From NCBI GenBank assembly GCA_043753995.1, contig JAYUVP010000243.1, positions 1 through 28,066 of the forward strand: a DNA stretch of 28,066 nt, given 5' to 3'. Positions within the stretch are counted from its first letter, which is position 1, and each line of letters begins with the position of its first letter. The DNA is from Fibrobacterota bacterium. GTDB taxonomy: Bacteria; Fibrobacterota; Fibrobacteria; UBA11236. A program made the position numbers and the translations under genes. Under the pieces are notes generated by a model. That model was not told the DNA's origin. It searched no databases and saw nothing but the letters and a program-made list of their open reading frames with translations. Of the stretch, positions 1-8,648 are shown piece after piece.

Positions 1-1
1 A

Positions 2-88
2 GGAGAGGCCGCGAAAAAGCAGGCCATTGTTGCCTGCGAAAGCTGCGGATCGATTTTGATTTGGAAAGACGATACCGCCGTCGTTTAA
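2..88 (+). CDS. 3' end of C4-type zinc-ribbon domain protein (DUF164/CdsZ-like), partial
   Basis: Manual translation from base 2 gives GEAAKKQAIVACESCGSILIWKDDTAVV*. The terminal CxxCGxIL matches the last knuckle of DUF164 zinc ribbons. Confidence 0.7.
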   Translation, partial: GEAAKKQAIVACESCGSILIWKDDTAVV

Positions 89-96
89 GGCAGGGT

Positions 97-124
97 GCGG
101 GCCTAATACGGCCCGCGAATTTTT
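97..124 (+). terminator. Putative intrinsic terminator
   Basis: GCGGGCC-taatac-GGCCCGC 7-bp GC stem followed by gaattttt, lying between two convergent stop codons. Confidence 0.55.
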
Positions 125-149
125 ACTGTCTCTTTTATCCCCTAGTTTC

Positions 150-845
150 TTAAGGAGCGCTTGGTTTGGCCGGGACTCCTACCTTCCCAGCCCCCGCCAG
201 CGTATCCCCTGAAACAGCAAATTTTCGGCCCAAAAGTATCCTGGCCACGGTGTCTTTCGTGGCAGCCAAGGTCGCATCCAATAATTGATCTCGCTTTTTT
301 TCCTGCTCACTAAAAGACATGGCTGAAAACTCGCGATAAGGCCAAAAGCTTTTTTCCTGCACGGTCACCGTGCCCGGCACGCGCCCATCATGAATCACCC
401 GTCCGGACTTTCCGTCCCAAATCGTCAGCCTTAAAGACAATCCCCAAGATTCGGCGGCTTCCCATAACTTCCATTTATGCCGATCTACGCGATGCTGCGG
501 AATCAGGTCATGCAATTCGAGATGTATCAAATGGTCGACGGCGAAATCCTTCGCCACCGTTGTAGCCCCCCCGGAGGCTAAATCCTGGGGATTTATTTCT
601 CGCTTCAGCTGAGCCTTCAAAGGCCCCAGCGCTGGAGCCCCGGCAAAACCGCTATCGGCTTCAATCAGGCCAGCCAATCCCCGAACAAGGCGCGGAGACC
701 AGATCGGATTTTCACCTTGCTCCCATTGCACTAGCCCCACCTTCGGAGCCTTGCCTGTCGTTTGTGCCGCGACGCCCGCCCAAGCCGACAGGAAAAACAA
801 AACTAGGCTGGGCTTTCGACCCAAACCGCCAACCGTGAAAAGCAT
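150..845 (-). CDS. Secreted hypothetical protein (possible CsgG/TolB-N-like alpha/beta fold)
   Basis: 231-aa ORF with a signal-peptide-like N-terminus (LVLFFLSAWAGVAA-Q) and an LSLRLTIWDGKSGRVI strand pattern. Starts 9 nt after the protease stop codon. Confidence 0.65.
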   Translation of the reverse strand: MLFTVGGLGRKPSLVLFFLSAWAGVAAQTTGKAPKVGLVQWEQGENPIWSPRLVRGLAGLIEADSGFAGAPALGPLKAQLKREINPQDLASGGATTVAKDFAVDHLIHLELHDLIPQHRVDRHKWKLWEAAESWGLSLRLTIWDGKSGRVIHDGRVPGTVTVQEKSFWPYREFSAMSFSEQEKKRDQLLDATLAATKDTVARILLGRKFAVSGDTLAGAGKVGVPAKPSAP

Positions 846-854
846 GCACGAATC

Positions 855-2252
855 CTACCATTCGCGAGGAGGCCATTTCCGCCCCAGGGCTTTGCCCGGC
901 AGGCGACTATCCGGGCCTTGCTGACGCGAAATACGTGTTTTTTGCTTTCCTTTGTTAACCGAGACTGGGGTGCCCGTCCCCACGGCAAAGGGCAAGGAAT
1001 CTTGTGCCACTCCGATTTGGTGCAAACGAAGCCCCGATGCCTTGCCATCATTCCACAGGGCTGCCGGGAGGGTCAGGGTGCTGAACTCCACCTTTCCCCC
1101 TTGCCCGAAAAAATCCTTGGCATCGCTGCCAGGGCTGGGCCACATGGTCGTATCTAAATCGTGACGACCATCGGCCTGTACCACGCCAAGGCACAAGGTT
1201 TTTGGCGGGTCATTGCTGCCTATGGCTTTGTCGAAATGCCAGACCAAAAGACCCTTCCCGCGCAGAGAGGCATATCGGCCGGTGTTTTTGATATTGGACC
1301 AGAAAAAGCATTCCTGCGATCTGGCGGGGTTGAGAAAGCGATATCCCGCCCCATTGGGCAAAGCTTTCAAGGCCAAGTTATCCGCGGCGCTTATGTCGAC
1401 AAGGGGAATCCACCCCTGATCGGCGCGAAAGAAATCGTTGACCGGCACCGGATTAGCGTCATTCATGCGATTGCCCATGAGGCAATAATCGCCGACGCCA
1501 TATAAATCAGGCCACCCGAAAAGCATATGACCGACTTCGTGACAAAACACATAAAGAGAATAGCTATCCCCCATGTCGGTCATCATGTATCGCGACAGGG
1601 TGACGCCATCTCGCTTTTGATTGAGAGCCCCGGCATGCGGCCAAAGCCCCTGGCCCCAAGTGAGGCCACGCCCGGCATAAAGCAAGCTGATGGCTTCCGT
1701 TTTTCCGTCCTTGTCATTGTCGAATTTGGAGAAATCGATTTCACCATCGAAGGCTGTCAGAACTTCCTGAATTAATTCCTGGGCGCGAGCATAACCCGAG
1801 CCTCCTTCATAATAAGCCTTGGTTTGCTTGGCCCGATAAATGCCATACACCTCATTGACGAAGTCGACTTGGCCATTGGAAATCTCGCTATAAAAATCAC
1901 GCACCGAACCTTTGACATTGCCGGATTGAAAGCCTTTGGTATTGAGCCAGTTTTCGACCTGAGCCTTGGTGAAGGCCGGCGATTGATCGGAAAAATCAAT
2001 CACCAAAGTCAGCCCATAAACCGTTCCCTTAGGATGGGGGTATTGCCCTAAATAGGGCGTGGCCGATGCCTTGGCTAAGGCCGGCCGAGAAAAAGATCCG
2101 CTGCCGGTGTCGGGCCATGCAGGCAAAATGCGCCCGTCGACGACGATGAGGGCATGGGCTGCCTGCCAGCCAAAGGCGCCGAGCAAAACAATAAGGATGC
2201 GGCCTACCGTGGAGATGGGCAAGGCCAGGAAAATTCCATGGGTTTGGGCCAT
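855..2252 (-). CDS. M6-family (immune inhibitor A-like) zinc metalloprotease, secreted
   Basis: Motifs LVIDFSD, GSVRDFYSEISNG, DFSKFDNDKDG, LWPH, HEVGHMLFGWPDLY (HExxH) and CLMG. N-terminal signal peptide. Confidence 0.9.
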   Translation of the reverse strand: MAQTHGIFLALPISTVGRILIVLLGAFGWQAAHALIVVDGRILPAWPDTGSGSFSRPALAKASATPYLGQYPHPKGTVYGLTLVIDFSDQSPAFTKAQVENWLNTKGFQSGNVKGSVRDFYSEISNGQVDFVNEVYGIYRAKQTKAYYEGGSGYARAQELIQEVLTAFDGEIDFSKFDNDKDGKTEAISLLYAGRGLTWGQGLWPHAGALNQKRDGVTLSRYMMTDMGDSYSLYVFCHEVGHMLFGWPDLYGVGDYCLMGNRMNDANPVPVNDFFRADQGWIPLVDISAADNLALKALPNGAGYRFLNPARSQECFFWSNIKNTGRYASLRGKGLLVWHFDKAIGSNDPPKTLCLGVVQADGRHDLDTTMWPSPGSDAKDFFGQGGKVEFSTLTLPAALWNDGKASGLRLHQIGVAQDSLPFAVGTGTPVSVNKGKQKTRISRQQGPDSRLPGKALGRKWPPREW

Positions 2253-2270
2253 TTCGCCCTCACTTTCGAT

Positions 2271-4199
2271 TCAAAGACCGAAGCGACGATTGAGTTCGGT
2301 CAAGGGAAAACGAATGACCACCGGTGCGCCTGTGGGCGAAACATAGGGGTTACGGGTAGCGAAGAGTGCGTCCATGAGGGCAGCCATGCGAGGGCCGTCA
2401 AGCGGCTCATCCAGGCGAATGCAAGTCACGCGGGCATAGGCGCGCGCTAAGCGCTGGGCCATTTCCTCGCTGGCCTTGGTGCGACCGGCTTCGCCATGCA
2501 GCAAATCCTGGAGCATGGCCTGCAAAACTTTCCTCGCTCGCTCGGAAGCGACTTCGGAAGGCAGGCCGCGAATTTGAAAAGTTCGTCCACCAAAGGCCTC
2601 AAGATCAAAACCCAAGGCCAGCAGGGAGGCGGCATGCTCCTCGGCCATGCGGGCCTCGTCGGGCTGAAGCTCGACGATTTCCGGGAAAAGCAATTGCTGG
2701 CTGCTGAAACGCCCCGGACGGCGCATGTCCTCCAGGGCTTTCTCATAAAGCACGCGCTCATGGGCGGCTTGCTGATTCACCAGCATGAGGCCGCCGCTGA
2801 CGGCGAAGAGGATGAATCGATTATGCACTTGCAAGTAAGGCACATTGCTTCCGGCGTCCAGGGTAGACAGGTTCGACGGGAGGGCACCGGGTAACTTGTC
2901 GGTGACGTCCCCTTGCCGACCCTGCGCACTGGGGAATTCGAATAAACGCGGGCCATCCTGTGGCAGGGATTCCGCTTCGGACAGAATCGATGCCTTGGCC
3001 TTCTCGGAATCATAGCGGAATGCTGGCGCGGAAAGAACCGGTTCGGGACTAGGTGTGAAAACCGATGGGGATCCGATCGAATTCTCGGCCGTCCAAGGCG
3101 CGAGGGCCAGGGCGCCGACATGGCCCGCATTCTCCGAGGATGCTCCAAATTCCGGCCTGGCGTCGACCAGGCCTTCAGGATCAGGCCCTAAATCAAGTTG
3201 GGGTGCTCCGGTGGCCAAACGCAAGGCGTGAGTAACCGCTTGGGATACGGCCCAATGCACTCGGCTTTCGTGCAAAAAGCGGATTTCCCGTTTGGTGGGA
3301 TGAATGTTGACGTCAATTTCCCGTGGCAGCAAGGTGAGAAATAAAACCGCTACGGGATGATGGCCAGGTGGCAAAACATCGTAGCTGCCCGTCAAGGCGC
3401 GCTGCAAATTGGGACTGAAAATCGAGCGGCCATTCACATAGAAGTGCTGATAGGTATTGCGTTGCCGCGCCTGCTGCGGCGTGGAAACCAGGCCCTCGAC
3501 GCGAATGTTTCCGTCACTCCAATGCACGGGAAGCAATTCCTCGACTTGGTGAAATCCCAGGACTTCGCCGACGCGATGCTTCAAAGTGCCTTCACGCAAG
3601 TTCAGCACTTCCTTTGGACCTTCCAAAAGGCGAAAGCCCACGTCGGGGCGTGCCAAGGCGAGACGCGTGATTTGATTCAGGATGCGCGTGCTTTCGCTTC
3701 GCGCGCTGCCGAGAAATTTCCGCCGCACTGGATTATTGAGAAAAAGGTGACGCACGGACACCGTGGTACCGGTGGCGCGGGCGGCTTCACGGCATCCCTC
3801 TTCTCGGCCTTCATTCACGGTCAGGCAGGCGCCGACTTCGGCTTCGGGCGTTTTGGTTTCTAGGGTGAGTTCACTCACCGCCGCCATGCTGCACAAAGCC
3901 TCGCCACGAAAGCCCATGGTGGTCACGACTTCCAAATCGTCGAGATTGCGCAATTTGCTGGTCGTATGAGGCAGCCAACAATTGCGTAAATCCTCAAGCA
4001 CCATACCCTTGCCATTGTCGGCAACGCGAATCAGCGACTTGCCGCCTTCCTCGCAAGTGACAGTAATGCGAGTTGCGCCGGCATCCAGGGCATTTTCCAC
4101 CAATTCCTTGACCACATTGGCGGGACGCTCGATGACTTCGCCAGCGGCGATTTGATGAATGGTCGCCTCGGAAAGGGCGCGTATGATGGCTTCTGGCAT
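2271..4199 (-). CDS. mutL: DNA mismatch repair protein MutL
   Basis: IAAGEVIERPANVVKELVENALDAGA, DNGKGM, GFRGEAL and DVNIHPTKREIRF. Start placed at ATG 4199 (MPEAIIRAL). Confidence 0.97.
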   Translation of the reverse strand: MPEAIIRALSEATIHQIAAGEVIERPANVVKELVENALDAGATRITVTCEEGGKSLIRVADNGKGMVLEDLRNCWLPHTTSKLRNLDDLEVVTTMGFRGEALCSMAAVSELTLETKTPEAEVGACLTVNEGREEGCREAARATGTTVSVRHLFLNNPVRRKFLGSARSESTRILNQITRLALARPDVGFRLLEGPKEVLNLREGTLKHRVGEVLGFHQVEELLPVHWSDGNIRVEGLVSTPQQARQRNTYQHFYVNGRSIFSPNLQRALTGSYDVLPPGHHPVAVLFLTLLPREIDVNIHPTKREIRFLHESRVHWAVSQAVTHALRLATGAPQLDLGPDPEGLVDARPEFGASSENAGHVGALALAPWTAENSIGSPSVFTPSPEPVLSAPAFRYDSEKAKASILSEAESLPQDGPRLFEFPSAQGRQGDVTDKLPGALPSNLSTLDAGSNVPYLQVHNRFILFAVSGGLMLVNQQAAHERVLYEKALEDMRRPGRFSSQQLLFPEIVELQPDEARMAEEHAASLLALGFDLEAFGGRTFQIRGLPSEVASERARKVLQAMLQDLLHGEAGRTKASEEMAQRLARAYARVTCIRLDEPLDGPRMAALMDALFATRNPYVSPTGAPVVIRFPLTELNRRFGL

Positions 4200-4272
4200 A
4201 GGGGTTAAGCCAGTAAAGTGCAAAATTCAAGCGAATTTCACGTCCTAGGCGGGCAAGGTTCCATTAAGCCTA

Positions 4273-4301
4273 TTGAACCTATCAGTATGCTATGGTATTT
4301 T
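4273..4301 (+). promoter_or_regulatory. Putative sigma70 promoter of the Rrf2-cys operon
   Basis: TTGAAC (4273-4278), 17-nt spacer, TATTTT (4296-4301), with an extended -10 TG. Confidence 0.5.
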
Positions 4302-4308
4302 GTCCCAG

Positions 4309-4749
4309 GTGAAAATCACCTCGAAAACTCTTTATACCCTGCACTTTTTGTGCGCCTTAGCCATTAAGGCCAGGGAGCACCCGAATAAGCCGGTGCATTT
4401 AAGGGAAATTGCCACCGAATACGACATTCCTTTCAAGTTCCTGGAACAAATCGCCATTCTCATGAAAAGCGTCGGTTTGGTGAGAGGTGCTCGCGGAAAA
4501 ACGGGTGGCTATCAATTAGCCGAAAGCGCCGACATCATTTCCCTGTCGCGCATTTTGAAGGCCACCGAAGGCGAGATTTTTCCCATGGCCGATATTGAAG
4601 GCGGAAATCCCATTGTGCAGGCCCTGGTACGTGATGTTTTTCAAGAAGGTCGCCTCGCCATGGACAAAAAACTGCAAGCCGTGACCTTACAGCAAATTGC
4701 CGAAAAGGCCAAGCAACAATTAGAACCCGCTCCGATGTATTACCTGTAA
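4309..4749 (+). CDS. Rrf2-family transcriptional regulator, CymR-like
   Basis: KITSKTLY, EIA...IPFKFLEQI and RGKTGGYQLA motifs. No Fe-S cysteine triad. C-terminal MYYL. First gene of the cys operon. GTG start at 4309 fits the family N-terminus. Confidence 0.9.
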   Translation: MKITSKTLYTLHFLCALAIKAREHPNKPVHLREIATEYDIPFKFLEQIAILMKSVGLVRGARGKTGGYQLAESADIISLSRILKATEGEIFPMADIEGGNPIVQALVRDVFQEGRLAMDKKLQAVTLQQIAEKAKQQLEPAPMYYL

Positions 4750-4756
4750 CCCGGCA

Positions 4757-5530
4757 ATGACCATGACCCCTTCTTTTGATTTCAACAAAGCCTCCGCGCA
4801 AGAAGTGGCCGACTTGGCCAAGGAATTGGATCAGCAATTTCGAGATCTTGACTCTGATGCCCGCCTGATCAAGGCCTATGAACTTTTCGGCGAAAGTCTG
4901 ATCGCCACTTCGAGTTTTGGCCGCGATGCCGCTCTCTTGCTGCATCATATGCATCGCCTGCAATTGCCCTTGCGCGTTTTTTTCATCGATACGGGATTTC
5001 ATTTTCCTGAAACCTTTATGTATCGCGACGTGCTGGCGGCGAAATGGAATTTGCGAGTCGAAAGCGTTGCCAGCCAAGAGGCTTTACGCCGCCAATACGC
5101 TGAAAATTTGCCCGAGGGACAAATACGCATACGCGATACCGATGCCTGCTGTGGCATCAACAAGGTGGCGGTGCAACGTGAGTTTTTAGGGCGCAAAGAC
5201 GTCTCGGCTTTTCTAAGCGCCTTGCGTCGCGATCAAAGTGACACGCGCAAAGCCACGCCCTTCGCCTTGGTGCAACGGGGTAAAATCAAACTTTGCCCCT
5301 TCGCCGACTGGACCCAGGAGCAAGTTGACCTGTATTTTCACCTTTGGGAAACACCGGAGCATCCCCTGGCGGCGCAGGGGTATACCAGCATAGGCTGCTC
5401 TCCTCTCACCTGCACCCAGCGCCCCGCCGAAGGCGAAAGCAATCGCAGCGGCCGTTGGGCGGGCGAAACTAAAACCGAGTGCGGCCTGCATCTCGATTTG
5501 GACGGCCAACCCGAGGCACCCTTGCTGTGA
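4757..5530 (+). CDS. cysH: APS/PAPS reductase
   Basis: SSFG, FIDTGFHFPET, CCGINKV, LRRDQS, GYTSIGC, RSGRW and ECGLH motifs. Confidence 0.95.
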   Translation: MTMTPSFDFNKASAQEVADLAKELDQQFRDLDSDARLIKAYELFGESLIATSSFGRDAALLLHHMHRLQLPLRVFFIDTGFHFPETFMYRDVLAAKWNLRVESVASQEALRRQYAENLPEGQIRIRDTDACCGINKVAVQREFLGRKDVSAFLSALRRDQSDTRKATPFALVQRGKIKLCPFADWTQEQVDLYFHLWETPEHPLAAQGYTSIGCSPLTCTQRPAEGESNRSGRWAGETKTECGLHLDLDGQPEAPLL

Positions 5531-6477
5531 CGTCCTCTCCGCGTTACCTGGAGGACTTGACCGAAGCCATTGGGCGGACACCGCTGGTGAAGCTTCATTC
5601 CGTTGTGCCCTCGGATAAAGCCCTCTTCCTGCTAAAGCTGGAGTCGCGCAATCCGGGGGGCTCGCTTAAGGACCGCATTGCCCTGGGCATGATACAGGGT
5701 GCCGAACGCAGTGGTCGCTTGAAAAAAGGGATGACCTTGGTCGAGCCCACCAGCGGCAATACCGGCATAGCCCTGGCGTGGATTGCCGCAGTCAAAGGCT
5801 ATCACGCCATACTCGTCATGCCCGAATCCATGAGCCCAGAGCGGCGCAATTTATTGCGCGTCTATGGCGCCGAACTCATTTTGACGCCTGCGGCCTTAGG
5901 TATGGCTGGAGCCATAGAAAAGGCGAAGTCCCTGGTGCGCACGCGCGACGATTGCTTCATGCTCCATCAATTCGATAATCCCGACAATCCCGAAACCCAT
6001 CGCCGCATCACCGCCGAGGAGATTTGGGAAGACACCCAAGGACAAATCGACGTGATCATCGCGGGAGTCGGCACAGGTGGTTTTGTCACGGGCGTGGGAC
6101 AGGTATTGAAAAAGCGTAAGCCCTCTTTGCGGGTCATTGCGGTCGAGCCCTTGGCCAGTCCCGTGCTAATGGGCGGAAAACCGGGTTGGCATGAAATTCA
6201 AGGCATAGGGGCGGGCTTTGTACCCGGCGTGCTCGATCGATCGGTGATCGACGAGGTATTGCACGTGAATAATGACGACGCCTATGAATTTGCGCGCCGT
6301 CTGGCCCGCGAAGAGGGTCTATTGGCGGGTCCCAGCACAGGTGCCAATGTTTGCGCCATGAATGAATTGATTAAGCGTCCCGAGCATCAAGGCCAAACCT
6401 TGGTGACTCTGGTCTGCGATACGGGCGAACGCTATTTGAGCACCGCCCTGCATCAAAACAACGCCGGTAAGGAATAA
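5527..6477 (+). CDS. cysK: Cysteine synthase A (O-acetylserine sulfhydrylase)
   Basis: IGRTPLV, NPGGSLKDR (PLP lysine), EPTSGNTG, GVGTGG, HEIQGIGAGF and DTGERYLST. GTG start overlaps the cysH TGA (GTGA). Confidence 0.96.
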   Translation: MTSSPRYLEDLTEAIGRTPLVKLHSVVPSDKALFLLKLESRNPGGSLKDRIALGMIQGAERSGRLKKGMTLVEPTSGNTGIALAWIAAVKGYHAILVMPESMSPERRNLLRVYGAELILTPAALGMAGAIEKAKSLVRTRDDCFMLHQFDNPDNPETHRRITAEEIWEDTQGQIDVIIAGVGTGGFVTGVGQVLKKRKPSLRVIAVEPLASPVLMGGKPGWHEIQGIGAGFVPGVLDRSVIDEVLHVNNDDAYEFARRLAREEGLLAGPSTGANVCAMNELIKRPEHQGQTLVTLVCDTGERYLSTALHQNNAGKE

Positions 6478-6491
6478 GCGACGAGGCAGCC

Positions 6492-7289
6492 ATGGCCCTA
6501 TTTACCCCAGAAGAAATGGCGCGTTACGATCGCCAAATGCTGCTCCCTGGCGTGGGATTCAAAGGTCAGCAGCGCCTCAAAAATGCTTCGGTGCTCATTG
6601 TCGGCGCCGGAGGATTGGGTTCGCCCGCCTTGCTTTACTTGGCGGCGGCCGGTGTGGGTCGCATCGGCGTTATCGACGGCGACACCCTCGACACCTCGAA
6701 TCTGCATCGCCAAGTGGTGCATGATACCGATCAAGTCGGCCAAGCCAAAACGGCCTCGGCAGCCAAGCGCATGCATGCCATCAATCCCCATGTAACCGTG
6801 GTGGAGCATCAGGAGTGGCTGCGGGCCGGCAATGCTCTCGATTTGATTCGCGATTATGATTTCATCGTCGAAGGCAGTGATAATTTCCCCACCAAATTCC
6901 TGGTGAACGATGCTTGCATTATGCTCGGCAAGCCTTTCAGCCATGCGGGAATGCTCCGTTTCGAAGGCCAGATTTTCACCGTGATTCCCAAGCAAAGCCG
7001 CTGCTATCGCTGTTTGTTTCGCGAGGCCCCGCCTGCGGGAAGCGTTCCTAGCTGCGCCGAAGCAGGCGTGCTCGGAGCTTTGCCTGGCGTCATCGGTTGT
7101 TTGCAAGCCACCGAAGCTTTGAAATACTTACTCGGACTGGGTGATTTGCTCGTCGATCGCATGCTGCTCTTCGATGCCTTGACCTTGCGCTTTCGCGAGA
7201 TCAAAGGCCGGCGAGATGTGAATTGCCCGGTATGCGGCGATCATCCGACCTTGCATGAATTGCAAGACGGCGTGATTGAAGGTTGTTGA
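6492..7289 (+). CDS. MoeB/ThiF-family adenylyltransferase (E1-like), no rhodanese domain
   Basis: RYDRQ, GAGGLGSP, SNLHRQ, DNFPTK, CYRC, SCAEAGV and CPVC. GAGG Shine-Dalgarno upstream. Confidence 0.93.
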   Translation: MALFTPEEMARYDRQMLLPGVGFKGQQRLKNASVLIVGAGGLGSPALLYLAAAGVGRIGVIDGDTLDTSNLHRQVVHDTDQVGQAKTASAAKRMHAINPHVTVVEHQEWLRAGNALDLIRDYDFIVEGSDNFPTKFLVNDACIMLGKPFSHAGMLRFEGQIFTVIPKQSRCYRCLFREAPPAGSVPSCAEAGVLGALPGVIGCLQATEALKYLLGLGDLLVDRMLLFDALTLRFREIKGRRDVNCPVCGDHPTLHELQDGVIEGC

Positions 7290-7314
7290 AGTTGTAGCTA
7301 GAGGCGCCGAAGCT

Positions 7315-8055
7315 CTATGGCCAATTACTCCAGAGCAATTGCAGGGATGTAAGCGCTAGCAGTCCGTAAACTACCCGAGTGAAATGCTTTTGCGGCAAGA
7401 GGCGATTGCAAATCCAACCGGTCACAACTCCCAAGGGAATCATGGGTAGATAATGCCAATCGAGCTTCAGGGTTTCGGCATTGATGAGGCCACTCGCTAG
7501 ATAGGGCGGCAATTTCAGCAAATTGTTCATGGTGAAGAAAAGTCCATTGGTGGCCACGAAAACCGCCTTATCCACTTTTTGAGCAAGCAGAAAAAGCGCC
7601 ATCACTGGCCCGGCAGCATGCGCTAGCGAAGAGGTAAAGCCCGCAATGGCGCCAACACCTGCGCCTGCTGCGGCACTGGGTCGCCAGGGATGAGCGGGAT
7701 ACCAGAGATTGCGAATGATTAAGACCGCAGTCAGAAAAAGACCCACGCAACCAATGCTGAATTTCAACCATTGATCGGGAAAATTGTTCACCAGAAGCAT
7801 GCCTAAGCCAATGCCAACCAAGGCTCCCAACAGTGGCCAGCGAATTAAATCAAAGCGCCAATGTTTGCGAAAGAGGGCAAGGGTGATAAGGTCGGAAAGG
7901 ATGAGCAAGGGTAAAACCACACCGATAGCCTGATGGGCAGGTATGGCCGCAGCCAATAAAGGCGTGGTGAGCATGCCCAATCCTGTAGCGAATCCCGCTT
8001 TGGATAGACCGATGAGAAAGACGCCCAAATAGGCTTGCAATGCCGTGAAAGTCAC
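7315..8055 (-). CDS. TauE/SafE-family sulfite exporter
   Basis: Highly hydrophobic 246 aa with GLSKAGFATGLG and GFTSSLAHAAGP repeats typical of the family. Confidence 0.88.
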   Translation of the reverse strand: MTFTALQAYLGVFLIGLSKAGFATGLGMLTTPLLAAAIPAHQAIGVVLPLLILSDLITLALFRKHWRFDLIRWPLLGALVGIGLGMLLVNNFPDQWLKFSIGCVGLFLTAVLIIRNLWYPAHPWRPSAAAGAGVGAIAGFTSSLAHAAGPVMALFLLAQKVDKAVFVATNGLFFTMNNLLKLPPYLASGLINAETLKLDWHYLPMIPLGVVTGWICNRLLPQKHFTRVVYGLLALTSLQLLWSNWP

Positions 8056-8609
8056 GGCCGCGCCACGATGCTTCGTCGCACCCCTTCGGCGGCTTCGGGG
8101 CTAAGCAGCCATGCGATGATGGCCAGGCTGAATTCCTCGGCGGTGCCCGCTCCTCGCGAGGTGCCGATATTGCCATCAAAAACCACGCGCTCGGTCAAAT
8201 ATTGGCCCACCTTGGGGCGCAATTCGACTTCGCAACCGGGGAAAGACGTCATTTTAGACTGACTCAATAAATCGAGGTCGGCCAATATTAGTGGAGCGGC
8301 ACAAATCGCCGCCAGATGCCCTTTCCTTGCGGTCTGCGCACGAACGACTTGCAAAAGAACTTCATTCCGTCGCAAAGCCGCGACGCCTGGCCCGCCTGGG
8401 AGAAAAACCAAATCGAAAGTTTCTTGCATCACCTCGTCCAATAAAACATCGGCGACCAGGCAAATGGCGTGGCTGCCCGTCACCTCCCGGTGACTGGTAA
8501 CACTGGCGGTTTTCACCTGCATTCCCGCCCGGCGGAATAAATCCAGTGGCACAATGGCTTCTATTTCCTCAAATCCATCGCCGAGGGGAATTAAGACATT
8601 CATGGCCAT
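8052..8609 (-). CDS. DJ-1/PfpI (YajL/ThiJ) family protein
   Basis: GFEEIEA, DLFRRAG, LPGG, AAICAAP (nucleophilic cysteine) and TSRGAGTA. AGGAGA Shine-Dalgarno before ATG 8609. Confidence 0.93.
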   Translation of the reverse strand: MAMNVLIPLGDGFEEIEAIVPLDLFRRAGMQVKTASVTSHREVTGSHAICLVADVLLDEVMQETFDLVFLPGGPGVAALRRNEVLLQVVRAQTARKGHLAAICAAPLILADLDLLSQSKMTSFPGCEVELRPKVGQYLTERVVFDGNIGTSRGAGTAEEFSLAIIAWLLSPEAAEGVRRSIVARP

Positions 8610-8648
8610 GCGGCTCTCCTGAAAAGGAGAAAAATGCATTCCGTGGTT

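Noticed and set aside
89..149. RNase P RNA, which often follows the zinc-ribbon gene
   Set aside because: The gap is only about 60 nt and has no rnpB motifs.
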